Notes: a model not told the origin generated them from the letters alone. DNA of 64,000 nucleotides from Pseudomonadota bacterium (GCA_017464085.1 JAFUEE010000197.1:8711-72710), one strand, 5' to 3'; counted from the stretch's first letter, positions 8,631 to 18,302 are shown. A program made the numbers and translations.

Positions 8631-11600
8631 ATGCGTGATACAGATGCAGTCTTGAAGGGACTTCCGAGTTATTTTGAGCCGATACGCATGCTTGGGGAAG
8701 GCGGCATGGGTGTCGTGTGGTCTGTGCGTGATACGCGTGTGAACAAGGTTGGGGCGCTGAAGGTCATTCGGCGGCGCACGGAGATGACGACGGCGGCGCT
8801 GATGCGGTTTGACCGCGAGATACGGAATTTTGCGCAGCTGCTTCATCCGTACATCGTGCAGGTGTATGACGTGGGCCAGATGCAGACAGGGGAGCCATAT
8901 ATTTTCATGGAGCAGGTGGACGGGCGTCCGATCTGTTCGGATATGTTGCGCGGTCGTCCGTTTGGGGAGATTGTGATGCTGATCGACCGCATTCTTGAGG
9001 GTCTTGACGAGGCGCATGCGAACAATCTGATTCACCGCGATCTGAAGCCGGACAACATATTGGTGACAGAGGACAGCGAGGGGCATCTGATGCCGAAGCT
9101 GATGGATTTCGGACTGGCGCTTCGCGCGGATGAGAACGAGATGCGGATCACGTGCGACGGCATGGTGGTGGGCACGCCGATTTATATGGCGCCCGAGCAG
9201 GCGTGTGACGAGCATTACCAGATCTGCCCGGCGACAGATTTTTACGGCATAGGCTGTATTCTGTATGAGCTTTTCTGTGGCAAGCCGCCGTTTACGGGGA
9301 CGAATGCGGTGATGGTGATGGTCGCGCAGGCCAAGGATGCGCCGAAGATGTTTTCGCCGCTTCCTGAGTTTGAAGAGACGAAGCGCCTGACGGGCATTAT
9401 CATGCGCCTTTTGGAGAAGATGCCCGACAAGCGTTATGAGACGGCGGCGGATCTGCGCGCGGCGCTGAGGCGCCAGTATCTGATCAGAGACAACCAGTCG
9501 TTCGGCGTGATGAGCCTGCGCAAGGAGAGCGATACGCTTTTTGACGAGCGTCGCGACGAGGATATGCCGTTCTATTCTTCGGAGCTGGCGCCGACGGCGT
9601 ATCGGACGATTTTGCCGGAGCTCGGGGCGTGCAATTACAACTATTCGGTGCTCGCGCTTCGTCCGCCTGTATTTGTGGCGCGCAGCTCGGCCAAGTACCT
9701 GCTGACGCGATATCTGAAAGATGTCTATCAGTGCCGGCGGACGGCGATCACGATGATCACGGGGCGTCCAGGGGTGGGCAAGTCTAGGTTTCTGGAGTCG
9801 TTCGCGCAGGACTGCTATAAGCAGGGGACAGCGACATCTCTTGTTGTGGACGGCTCTGTGTGCGCCAATCTTCGATTTGCGGTGTATCGGGCGCTGTTCG
9901 CGAAGCTATTGCTCAAGATGCTGTCGCCGCAGCAGGTCATTCTGGGGCTTTGCCGTTTCATGCAGACCGAGGATGAGCGTGATGCGGATGTTCTGATGCT
10001 CAACGACATCTATGAGGCGGAGCGCAATGAGACGCAGCCGCCGCTTGCGAAGATGGAGCAAACATTTTGCAGCGTGTTTTCGCGCCTGACGCATTCGCGC
10101 CCGCTGATATTGTGCTTTGACAATGTGTCTCCGGAGCAGAAGGCGGAGCTTTTGGCGATCGTGCATGAGCTTTCGGGGAAGACGCAGTTCAAGCTGCCGA
10201 TACTGATCTGCGTGGTGAATTCGACGACGAACGGCATGCCGACAGATATCGAGCTGATGCTGGGAAATGACAACGCGCTGTGGCTTCGTCGCAGCATTGC
10301 GGTAGATCCGCTCTCGAATGCCGACATGCACACGCTTGTGACGCGCAGCCTGAGCATTTCGGAGGATCTTGCGAAGTTTATCGAGACGCTTTCGTCGGGG
10401 CATCCGCAGATCGCGGTCGATCTGGCGCGCCAGTGGCACCTTGCTGGTTTCCTGGAGCCGACTTCGGAGGGATATGTCGCGAACTGTCCGGTGACATCTC
10501 TGCCGATACCGAGCGTGGTTCATGAGGCGATCATGCGTCAGATCAATCTTACGTTTGCAGAGTATCCGCGCCGGACGTGGATGCCTGTCGCGGCGCTTGC
10601 GGCGCTGTATGGCGCATCGTTTACGCCGAAGCGTCTTGGGTCTGCGATCCAGCATCTTCCGGCCAATCAGAAGCTGATGGGGTATAATACATTTATCTCG
10701 CTGGGGCTTTCTGGCGGCGTGCTCAGGACGGTCGATGAGACGACGCTTGCATACACCAACCCGCTGATGTCGGATGCGATCGAGGCGACGCTTCAGCCGT
10801 ATGAGGTGCAGGATTATCATCATGCAATCGCGCAGGTGTTGCAGAGTTCGAAGCTGGCGCACGAACTGCAGGGGGAGATCGCGAGGCATCTCGTTGCGGC
10901 GCAGCAGTATTATGATGCCTTCAGGGTATATCTCTCGCTTGCGGAGCAGGCGGCGCATTGCTCGCGTGTCGAAGAGGGGCTTGAGTATGTCGAGCAGTGC
11001 AAGGATGTGCTGAAGCGGCATTTCGGCTATATCGACGCGCATACGCCCGAGCTGGTGGATGTCTGGATGATCGAGGCGGATTTGTATTTGCTGCGTCAGG
11101 ACGAGAGCCGCGCGCGGAGCCAGGTCCGCATGTTGGAATATGCGTTCAGCGAGCTTGAGGATCCGGCAAAGCAGGCGCATTATCACCTGATTTGCGCGCG
11201 CCTTGCGGAGGTGACGCATGACGAGCGAGCGGCGGAGCTGTCACTGGATCGTGCGATGGCTTGCCTGGATGAGATCAAGGGGGAGATGCGCCGCGACCAG
11301 CTTGAGATTCAGTTTGCGGTTCTCGTGGCGCGTTTCCGCTATGACCCGTCGCTCGGGCAGGCATTCGTGGATACGGCACGCCAGCTCAAGGAGTCTGTGT
11401 TTGTGGGGAAGGCGCTTCTGGCGATTGCCCGCCAGTGCGTGGGAGACGGCGTGCCGGAGCGCGCCCGGAGAGTGCTGGATATGGCTCTGGATACGGCGCA
11501 CCGCAATGGCGACCAGATGACGGAAGCGCTGGCGCTGTGGGAGCTTTCGGGGCTTCAGAAAGATCAGCCGGAAGTGCGCCTGAAGACGCTTCGGGAAGCG

Positions 11601-11735
11601 CAGGCCGCATTTGAGAGCATCGGGGATTTCAAGCAGCTGTCCAGGCTTCATGCCGAGATGGCGGAAGTGCTCGAACAGGTCGATTCAGATGAGGTCGGCA
11701 TTCATCAGCAGTGGAGCAGGCTTCTGGCGATGTGA
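8631..11735 (+). CDS. Ser/Thr protein kinase fused to a P-loop NTPase (STAND-like) and a helical/TPR C-terminal region
   Basis: Kinase motifs GEGGMGVV, ALKVI, HRDLKPDNIL, DFGLA, GTPIYMAPE. Followed by Walker A GRPGVGKS and a long helical-repeat region. Confidence 0.85.
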   Translation: MRDTDAVLKGLPSYFEPIRMLGEGGMGVVWSVRDTRVNKVGALKVIRRRTEMTTAALMRFDREIRNFAQLLHPYIVQVYDVGQMQTGEPYIFMEQVDGRPICSDMLRGRPFGEIVMLIDRILEGLDEAHANNLIHRDLKPDNILVTEDSEGHLMPKLMDFGLALRADENEMRITCDGMVVGTPIYMAPEQACDEHYQICPATDFYGIGCILYELFCGKPPFTGTNAVMVMVAQAKDAPKMFSPLPEFEETKRLTGIIMRLLEKMPDKRYETAADLRAALRRQYLIRDNQSFGVMSLRKESDTLFDERRDEDMPFYSSELAPTAYRTILPELGACNYNYSVLALRPPVFVARSSAKYLLTRYLKDVYQCRRTAITMITGRPGVGKSRFLESFAQDCYKQGTATSLVVDGSVCANLRFAVYRALFAKLLLKMLSPQQVILGLCRFMQTEDERDADVLMLNDIYEAERNETQPPLAKMEQTFCSVFSRLTHSRPLILCFDNVSPEQKAELLAIVHELSGKTQFKLPILICVVNSTTNGMPTDIELMLGNDNALWLRRSIAVDPLSNADMHTLVTRSLSISEDLAKFIETLSSGHPQIAVDLARQWHLAGFLEPTSEGYVANCPVTSLPIPSVVHEAIMRQINLTFAEYPRRTWMPVAALAALYGASFTPKRLGSAIQHLPANQKLMGYNTFISLGLSGGVLRTVDETTLAYTNPLMSDAIEATLQPYEVQDYHHAIAQVLQSSKLAHELQGEIARHLVAAQQYYDAFRVYLSLAEQAAHCSRVEEGLEYVEQCKDVLKRHFGYIDAHTPELVDVWMIEADLYLLRQDESRARSQVRMLEYAFSELEDPAKQAHYHLICARLAEVTHDERAAELSLDRAMACLDEIKGEMRRDQLEIQFAVLVARFRYDPSLGQAFVDTARQLKESVFVGKALLAIARQCVGDGVPERARRVLDMALDTAHRNGDQMTEALALWELSGLQKDQPEVRLKTLREAQAAFESIGDFKQLSRLHAEMAEVLEQVDSDEVGIHQQWSRLLAM

Positions 11736-11901
11736 GCTTGAAAGGGGGCATTGCTCCCCTTTTTGCCGGGTGGCTGTTTTCTTGCGTTTTTATGCGCATC
11801 GTGTGATAAATAAAATATTTTTAGCGTCATTTGGGCGTGAGTGTGCAGGCAGGACGGGGGCAAGGTCTGCGGCAGAAAACATCAGAATACAGGAGAGATT
11901 C

Positions 11902-14442
11902 ATGTCGAATAATATTGCTGCAACTGCGATGGCAGGTGTGATCGCGCTGGTCGCCGGTGTGGGTATCGGCCATTTTGGAACGCTTCAGGAAGGTATGAAG
12001 ACTAGCCAGGATGTCTCGGCGCAGCTCGCAGCCGTGGAGATCGATTCTGCGAAGGTTCCCATCGCAGGCTCCCCGGTTCGCGGCAACGCTCAGTCACTTG
12101 CGACAATCGTCGTATTTTCAGACCTGAAGAGCGAGGGGCTCAAGACGTTCAATGATGGCATGCTCAATAATGCGTTCAAGCAGCACGGCGACAAGGTGTC
12201 GTTCGTCTATAAGGCATTCCCGCTCCAGGAAAATCCGGATGCGCTTCTGCGAGCGCAGGCAGTGGCGGCGGCGCACGCGCAGAAGCGCGCGTGGGGCATG
12301 TATGATGCGATACTCGCGCTCGACAAGAATGCCGTGTTTACGGAAGATGAAGCGGCTCGCATTGCGCGCAGCCTCAACCTGAATGTCGATCAGTTCAAAA
12401 ATGATCTGAATTCACGCGAGATTCGCGAGTCGGTGCGCAAGGATATCGAGCTCGGCCAAAAGCTCAACGTGACCGGAACGCCTGCCGTCTTTATCAATGG
12501 CCGGAGCGTGGCTGCCGGTGGCACGGCGCTTACAGAAAAGAAATTCAATGACGATTTGAATGCCGAAATCGCCCGGATGTCAGCGATTTCGAGCAAGGGC
12601 AATGTGAACTATTATGTCGGTTCGATGCTGAATCAGAGCATTGATGATGCGCTTTATGCAGTTGATGCGATGGGGCGCCCGATTCGCGGCAACAAAGACG
12701 CGCTCGTGACAATCGTCGAGTTCAGCGATTACGAATGCCCGTTCTGCAGCCGTGTCGAGCCGACGATTGCCAAGATTCTTGCGGAATACAAGGACGATGT
12801 CCGCGTGATTTTCTCGCATAATCCGCTTCCGTTCCACAAAAATGCCAAGCTCGCGCATCAGGCGGCTTATGCCGCCGGTCTCCAGAACAAGTTCTGGGAA
12901 ATGCACGACATGCTGTTCAAGAATCAGAAGCGCCTTTCTGAGAATGACCTGATGGGATATGCGAAGCGGCTTGATCTCGACATGGCCAGATTTGCGGCCG
13001 ACTTGAAGGATCCGAAGACTGTTGCGGCGATCGAGCAATATGTTTCGGAAGCGGGCAAGCAGGGGATCAGCGGCACACCTAACTTCCTGATCAACGGCTT
13101 TGCGGTCACCGGCGCGCAGCCGTATGAGAAGTTCAAGGAAAAGATTGACGGCGCGCTGAAGATCGCCCGCAAAGTGAATGCGGACACGGGCCTTCGCGGC
13201 GATGCGCTCCATGCGGAACTGCTGAAGAATCTGCCGAAGAAGCCGCCGCAGCCGCGTCCGTCAGCGCCGGCAGTGCCAGAGGGCAAGGTGTTCGTGGACG
13301 TGAGCGGCGCGCCAGTGTTTGGCGATCCGAATGCGCCCGTGACAATCGTTGAGTTCACGGACTTCCAGTGCCCGTTCTGCTCGCGCGGCAGCAACACGGT
13401 CAAAGAGCTGATCGAGAAGAATCCTGGCAAAGTCAAGCTCGTGTTCAAGAGCAATCCGCTTTCGTTCCACAAGGATGCCGAACCCGCGCACCGCGCGGCA
13501 GAAGCGGCATCGCTTCAGGGTAAGTTCTGGGAGATGTATCAGCTCCTGTTCGACAACCAGCGCGCGCTCACTCAGGAGAACTTTGACAAGTTCGCGCAGC
13601 AGATCGGCCTGAATATGGACAAGTTCCACGCAGATATGGAGAGCGAGGCGGTGAAGAAGCGCGTTCAGGACGACCTGAAGCAGGGCGCGTCTGTCGGCGT
13701 TCGCGGCACGCCGCACTTCTTCATGAACGGCACGCGCATGAGCGGCGCGCAGCCGCTTGAGAAGTTCCAGGAAGCGCTCGACAAGGAGCTCGCGATCGCG
13801 AAGAAATATCAGGACAAAGGCATTGCAGCGGATGCGCTCTATAAGACGATTATCGCCGAAGAGAACAAGAATGCGCCGAAACCTGCGGCAGCGCCTGCGC
13901 CTGCGGCACCTGCCGAGCCGATTGTTCTGAACCAGGGCAGCTCGTATGCCAAGGGGCCTGCGGATGCGCCTGTCGTGATCTACAAGTTCAGCGAGTTTGA
14001 ATGCCCGTTCTGCGGCCGTGTCGAGCCGACGCTTGACGAGATCATGAAGACGTATGAAGGCAAGGTCCGCATCGTGTTCAAGAATAACCCGCTTTCGTTC
14101 CACAAGCATGCAAAGCTCGCATCCGAGGCCGCGCTTGCCGCTGGGGAGCAGGGCAAGTTCTGGGAGATGCATGATATTCTGTTCAAAAATCAGAAGGCGC
14201 TCGAACGCGATCAGCTGATCGAGCATGCCAAGACGATCGCGGGACTTGATATCGCCAAATTCACTGCGGCGCTCGACAGCCACAAGTTTGCCGCACAGGT
14301 CGAGAGCGAGCTTGCTGAAGGCGCGAAGGCCGGTGTCAGCGGCACGCCGACATTTGTCATCAACGGCAAAAAGCTCGTCGGTGCCCAGCCGATCGATAAG
14401 TTCAAGGCCGAGATCGATGCGGCGCTCGCTGCGAAAAAATAA
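11902..14442 (+). CDS. Membrane-anchored protein with four tandem DsbA-like thioredoxin-fold modules
   Basis: ATG 11902 is preceded by AGGAGAG. It encodes an N-terminal TM helix (AMAGVIALVAGVGIGHF). Three modules carry F-x-[DE]-[YF]-[EQ]-CPFC, and each module ends with a GTP-x-F-x-NG motif. Module 1 has SDLKSEGL instead of CxxC. The ORF-track start at 11611 overlaps the upstream gene and adds a non-homologous leader. Confidence 0.85.
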   Translation: MSNNIAATAMAGVIALVAGVGIGHFGTLQEGMKTSQDVSAQLAAVEIDSAKVPIAGSPVRGNAQSLATIVVFSDLKSEGLKTFNDGMLNNAFKQHGDKVSFVYKAFPLQENPDALLRAQAVAAAHAQKRAWGMYDAILALDKNAVFTEDEAARIARSLNLNVDQFKNDLNSREIRESVRKDIELGQKLNVTGTPAVFINGRSVAAGGTALTEKKFNDDLNAEIARMSAISSKGNVNYYVGSMLNQSIDDALYAVDAMGRPIRGNKDALVTIVEFSDYECPFCSRVEPTIAKILAEYKDDVRVIFSHNPLPFHKNAKLAHQAAYAAGLQNKFWEMHDMLFKNQKRLSENDLMGYAKRLDLDMARFAADLKDPKTVAAIEQYVSEAGKQGISGTPNFLINGFAVTGAQPYEKFKEKIDGALKIARKVNADTGLRGDALHAELLKNLPKKPPQPRPSAPAVPEGKVFVDVSGAPVFGDPNAPVTIVEFTDFQCPFCSRGSNTVKELIEKNPGKVKLVFKSNPLSFHKDAEPAHRAAEAASLQGKFWEMYQLLFDNQRALTQENFDKFAQQIGLNMDKFHADMESEAVKKRVQDDLKQGASVGVRGTPHFFMNGTRMSGAQPLEKFQEALDKELAIAKKYQDKGIAADALYKTIIAEENKNAPKPAAAPAPAAPAEPIVLNQGSSYAKGPADAPVVIYKFSEFECPFCGRVEPTLDEIMKTYEGKVRIVFKNNPLSFHKHAKLASEAALAAGEQGKFWEMHDILFKNQKALERDQLIEHAKTIAGLDIAKFTAALDSHKFAAQVESELAEGAKAGVSGTPTFVINGKKLVGAQPIDKFKAEIDAALAAKK

Positions 14443-14534
14443 ATCGCTCAAACGCTCTGTCATGGCGCGGTATTTGCGTTTTAATGACAGGGCGTGTTAT
14501 GGTATGGAGACTTTTGTCCCCAAAGGAGTGAGAG

Positions 14535-14852
14535 ATGAAACCAGCAGTTCGACTTTCTGATATTTCGCTAGTTCCGGGCGATGCCCATGGCTGTATCGCG
14601 TGTCCGCATGTGTGCGTGGGGCCGATCATCAGTGCATCTAATGACGTGTTCATCAATGGTCTTGGTGCGGCGCGCAAGGGCGATCCGGGCGTTCATGCCG
14701 TATGTTGCGGCCCGAATACGTACGAGACCGCACAGGGCAGCGATAACGTTTTTGTGAACGGGAAACCGCTCGTCCGCCTCGGGGACCAGACGTCTCACTG
14801 CGGTGGCAAGGGCAAGACGATTACCGGCAGCCCGAACGTCCACTGCAATTAA
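14535..14852 (+). CDS. PAAR-domain protein (stand-alone, 105 aa)
   Basis: AAAGGAG RBS before the ATG. Three PAAR-type repeats (HGCIACPH..., INGLGAARKGD, VNGKPLVRLGDQTSHCG) and the typical Cys/His Zn-ligand pattern. Confidence 0.75.
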   Translation: MKPAVRLSDISLVPGDAHGCIACPHVCVGPIISASNDVFINGLGAARKGDPGVHAVCCGPNTYETAQGSDNVFVNGKPLVRLGDQTSHCGGKGKTITGSPNVHCN

Positions 14853-14873
14853 CGCAGGGCTCGGTTACATTGT

Positions 14874-15033
14874 GCGCGGCTATCGCCCGTCGATACGCCG
14901 CGTTTTGTGTGTGCGGTGTCGCCGAGACGTTCCACGGAACGTCTTTACATCGGGCGCGTTTTGTGTGCGCGGCTATCGCCTTCGTCGATACGCCGCGTCT
15001 TGTGCGTGCGCCTATGCCTGCGGCATACGGCGC
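14874..15033. repeat. Composite REP cluster (four hairpins) in a convergent intergenic gap
   Basis: gcgcggctatcgcccgtcgatacgccgcg (14874-14902); gagacgttccacggaacgtct (14924-14944); gcgcggctatcgccttcgtcgatacgccgcg (14967-14997); gcgcctatgcctgcggcatacggcgc (15008-15033). Confidence 0.85.
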
Positions 15034-15039
15034 ACGAAA

Positions 15040-16155
15040 TCACTGTTCGGCCTTGGGCTGGAAGCGTGCGCGGAGGTCTTCGAAGGTATCATTTTCGAGG
15101 GCCGTGCGGATCTTGCGCATGAGATCGAGGTAGTGCGTGAGGTTGTGAATCGTCATGAGGATGACGGCTGTGATCTCTTTTGCGACATAGAGGTGACGGA
15201 TATAGGCGCGGGAGAAGCGGCGGCACGCGAGGCACTGGCAATTTTCGTCGAGGGGGCGCATGTCTTTGCGGTTAGCGGCATTGCGTATATTGAGCCTTCT
15301 GCCTTCGCCGATGAAGACTGTGCCCATGCGCGCATTTCGTGTGGGCATGACGCAGTCGAACATGTCGATGCCAGCGGCGACGCCTTCGACGAGATCCCAG
15401 GGGGTGCCGACGCCCATGAGATAGCGCGGATAATCTTCGGGCATCTGATAGACGAATTTCTGACACATGTCGTGCATTTCTTCGGGCGTTTCGCCGACAG
15501 AGAGGCCGCCGATGGAGAGGCCTTGGAAGGGCATTTCGACGAGCGCTTCGAGGTGGCGCAGGCGCATGTCGAGTTCGAGGCCGCCCTGCACGATGCCGAA
15601 GACGCCCTGATGCGCGGGGCGTTCGCATCGCGCGCAGCGCTCTGCCCAGGCGATGCTTCGCTTGACGCTTGCCTCGATGCGCTCGTGCGTGGCCGGGAGT
15701 GCCGGGCAGTCGTCGAGGACCATGGCGATGTCGCTGCCGATGGCGGCCTGCATATCCATGACGAGCTCGGGGGTATAGAAGTGGCGGCTGCCGTCGATGT
15801 GGGACTGGAAGTGGACGCCGTCGGGGTCGAACTTGCGCATCTTGGAGAGGCTGAAGACCTGGAAGCCGCCGGAGTCAGTCAGGTAGGCGCGGTTCCAGGA
15901 CGCGAGCTTGTGGAGGCCGCCGGCTTCGCGCAGGAAGTCCGGGCCCAGCCGGAGGTAGAGATGGTAAGTGTTTGCGAGGATGATCGAGGGATCGAGCGCC
16001 TCGACCTGTTCAACGCTGAGCGCCTTGATGGCACCGTTTGTGCCGACGGGCATGAAGACAGGGGTCTGGATGTCGCCGTGCTGGGTGTGTACGACGCCGC
16101 GTCTGGCTTTGCCGGATTTTTTGATGAGCGAGTAAGATATGGGGCCTTTGAGCAT
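15040..16155 (-). CDS. tgt: Queuine tRNA-ribosyltransferase (tRNA-guanine transglycosylase)
   Basis: ARRG..HT.HG.I.TP.FMPVGT N-terminus, DSGGFQV, LMGVGTP, and the Zn site C-x-C-x-x-C (CQCLAC) plus H. Start set to ATG 16153-16155 (MLKGPISY). The ORF-track start at 16260 runs into a REP element. Confidence 0.9.
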   Translation of the reverse strand: MLKGPISYSLIKKSGKARRGVVHTQHGDIQTPVFMPVGTNGAIKALSVEQVEALDPSIILANTYHLYLRLGPDFLREAGGLHKLASWNRAYLTDSGGFQVFSLSKMRKFDPDGVHFQSHIDGSRHFYTPELVMDMQAAIGSDIAMVLDDCPALPATHERIEASVKRSIAWAERCARCERPAHQGVFGIVQGGLELDMRLRHLEALVEMPFQGLSIGGLSVGETPEEMHDMCQKFVYQMPEDYPRYLMGVGTPWDLVEGVAAGIDMFDCVMPTRNARMGTVFIGEGRRLNIRNAANRKDMRPLDENCQCLACRRFSRAYIRHLYVAKEITAVILMTIHNLTHYLDLMRKIRTALENDTFEDLRARFQPKAEQ

Positions 16156-16219
16156 AAGGATCCTTGGGGAGTGCGTGTCTGTTGGAAGTGCGTGTTGTCT
16201 TTGGCAAAGACACGAAAAA

Positions 16220-16247
16220 CTCCCCGTATCGCGCAGCGATAGGGGAG
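16220..16247. repeat. REP-like bulged palindrome
   Basis: ctccccgtatcgcgcagcgataggggag. A degenerate second hairpin follows at about 16249-16280. Confidence 0.7.
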
Positions 16248-16287
16248 TGGCGGCGCGCATCGCGCAGCGAAAGGGCCGCCTGAAGTG

Positions 16288-16314
16288 AAAAAAAATCCCT
16301 CCAGTGGAGGGATT
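16288..16314 (-). terminator. Rho-independent terminator after the 16341-17402 gene
   Basis: Minus strand: stem tccctcc/ggaggga followed by a T8 run (A8 at 16288-16295 on plus). Confidence 0.7.
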
Positions 16315-16340
16315 CTTTAAGGATACGGAGGGAAGCCGTA

Positions 16341-17402
16341 TCAGAATGTGAAGCCGGTGACGACACCGCCGCCGTCCGCATTGAAGGAGGGGCTGATGTA
16401 GAGGTCGTTTGCGAAGATGTCTTCGTCTTTGTCCTGACGGACGAGGAAGAGGATGACGGAGACGACAGCGAGGACCGCGCCGCTTGCGTAGAGGATGTTT
16501 GCGATCATGGCATCTTTGCTTGCGGTATCCTGATCGGCTTTGACATCGGCCTGATGCTTGAGCGAATCGAAGCTTCCGGGTGTTGCGTTGATGTTGGCCT
16601 CGATATCTTTGGCGATCTGATCGTCGAGAGATTTGGCGGTATAGCCGAAGTATGCGCCGGTGCCGATGGCGCCGAGTGCGAGGACGCCGACGATGATGCC
16701 GCCGACGAGCTGACCGGTGGGCAGGGGGGCGGATTCTTCAACGACACGTTTTGTCATGAGGGAGTCGATGGAGCCTGTATCGATATTGAAGAGGCGGAGG
16801 AGGGCGCCGGAGATGTCCTGTTCCTGTTTGCGGAGCCTGTTCTGAGTTTCGAACTCGATGAAGTTCTTGCTCGATGAAGTGCTGACATCAATGAGGTCGA
16901 AGGTGATTTTGGGGCGTTCGAGACCTTCAGTGGTGATACGCCCGACGATGACGTTTGCGGCACCGATTTCGCGGCCGATATCGGCGATGCAGGAGGCTTC
17001 GAAGGTGCAGTTTGCACGGTCATCTTCGCTCATGGCGTTCAATTTTTCGACGATGGGGATACCCTCGACGGAATCGTATTCGGCATATTTTTCGTCTTTG
17101 AGTTTTTCAACGGTTGCTTCGGTCAGCAGATCGAGGGTTTTCTGGGGTGTGCCATCGACTGGCTCGAAGAAGACGAGGTTGACGGGCTTTCCGTTGTTCG
17201 GCATGACGAAAGTTTTGCCGGTATTGAGAGGCTGAGCAGGAGTGTCATCAAAGTTGAAATCGCCTGCGCTATCATCACCTTCATCAGAGAAGTCAAAATC
17301 CTGCGCCATGGCGACTGGCGAGAACGATGCGCTGAATGTGATCAGTATTAAGAGCGAAAACAGGCGTTTTAAAAAGCTTGCTTTACGAAACGGATTGGTC
17401 AT
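16341..17402 (-). CDS. Secreted/membrane protein of unknown function (signal peptide, acidic N-terminal region, two C-terminal hydrophobic helices)
   Basis: Signal peptide ...FSPVAMAQD, an acidic DFDFSDEGDD stretch, TM-like segments LVGGIIVGVLALGAIGTGAYFGY and ILYASGAVLAVVSVILFLV, and C-terminus GFTF. No family recognised. Confidence 0.6.
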   Translation of the reverse strand: MTNPFRKASFLKRLFSLLILITFSASFSPVAMAQDFDFSDEGDDSAGDFNFDDTPAQPLNTGKTFVMPNNGKPVNLVFFEPVDGTPQKTLDLLTEATVEKLKDEKYAEYDSVEGIPIVEKLNAMSEDDRANCTFEASCIADIGREIGAANVIVGRITTEGLERPKITFDLIDVSTSSSKNFIEFETQNRLRKQEQDISGALLRLFNIDTGSIDSLMTKRVVEESAPLPTGQLVGGIIVGVLALGAIGTGAYFGYTAKSLDDQIAKDIEANINATPGSFDSLKHQADVKADQDTASKDAMIANILYASGAVLAVVSVILFLVRQDKDEDIFANDLYISPSFNADGGGVVTGFTF

Positions 17403-17738
17403 GTCACTTCCACTCCTTGAAAATGCGCTATATTATCTACGGCAAAGTTCATTGATTTGAATACACAAACCAAAATGATGCTTTATTTTAAGCCTATTGA
17501 GTTCTGAATGCAAGAATTTAGTCTATCGATATTGCGCTCTGATCGATTTGTGTGTGCGAAGCGGACTGACACAGTGTTTTTCGTGTATCAGGGAGCTTTC
17601 GGGCCTCAAAAATGCTCAATTTTATCGCTTCATCCCCCTAAAGCGATTGACGCGCCTGTCGTTTCGCGTTAAACAAGCGCCGCTCTATTTCGCCTTTATT
17701 ATGGGGCGTTTTCTTTACCCAAATTCCATAGGCATCCC

Positions 17739-18302
17739 ATGTATTCAACTCAGGATTTTCGCAAAAACCTTAAGATCGAGATCGACGGCGAACCTTATGT
17801 GATCGTCGAATGTCAGCATGTCAAACCCGGCAAAGGCGTTGCCTTCGTCAAGACGAAGTACAAGAGCCTGATCACCGGCCGTGTCCTTGAGAACAACTTC
17901 CGTTCCGGCGATACCGTTGGCAAGCCTGACCTTGAGATCCGCGAGATGCAGTATCTCTATAAGGAAGAAGACAAATACGTGTTCATGGATCAGAGCAATT
18001 ACGAGCAGGTCCACATCGAGGAAGATTTTATTTCCGATTCCGTGCCTTTCCTCAAGGACAATATCGAAGTCGAAGTGCTCTTCCATCGCGGCAAGCCCAT
18101 TTCGATCGAGCTCCCGACGTTCGTCGTCCTGCAGGTCGTGAAATCCGATCCCGGCGTGAAAGGCGATACGGCTCAGGGCGGCACGAAGCCTGCGACGCTC
18201 GAGACTGGCGCGACGATCCTTGTCCCGCTCTATCTCGAGGAAGGTGAATATGTCCGCGTCGATACGCGCACGGGCGAATTCGTGGAACGCGCCAAGGTCT
18301 GA
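17739..18302 (+). CDS. efp: Translation elongation factor P
   Basis: Near-canonical EF-P sequence: DFRKNLKIEIDGEPY...VKPGKG.AFV.TK.K. Length 187 aa. Confidence 0.92.
   Translation: MYSTQDFRKNLKIEIDGEPYVIVECQHVKPGKGVAFVKTKYKSLITGRVLENNFRSGDTVGKPDLEIREMQYLYKEEDKYVFMDQSNYEQVHIEEDFISDSVPFLKDNIEVEVLFHRGKPISIELPTFVVLQVVKSDPGVKGDTAQGGTKPATLETGATILVPLYLEEGEYVRVDTRTGEFVERAKV

Noticed and set aside
9906-11219. 437-aa minus-strand ORF inside the kinase-STAND gene. The same applies to 13261-14463, 2559-4124 and 7519-8523.
   Set aside because: These ORFs are antisense to CDSs with clear motifs. Their translations are Arg/Leu/His-rich with no recognisable domains. They are judged to be GC-driven artefacts.
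14443-15039. Hidden T6SS or effector/immunity genes next to the PAAR gene
   Set aside because: The flanks hold only REP hairpins and no further credible ORF. No vgrG, hcp or tss gene was recognised anywhere in the 64 kb.
14803-16242. 479-aa ORF on the plus strand spanning the whole tgt region
   Set aside because: It lies exactly antisense to a very confident tgt gene. Its translation is low-complexity (Ala/Gly/Asp/Glu/Arg-rich) with no motif. This is typical of stop-poor antisense frames in GC-rich DNA.
17497-17802. Small ORFs lying in intergenic regions (17497-17802, 29684-29962, 36246-36500, 41229-41586, 42309-42971, 56661-56873)
   Set aside because: They overlap promoters, REP clusters, tandem repeats or the starts of confident genes. 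They have no RBS or motif support. Their amino-acid composition (Arg/Pro/Ser/Cys-rich) is non-protein-like.
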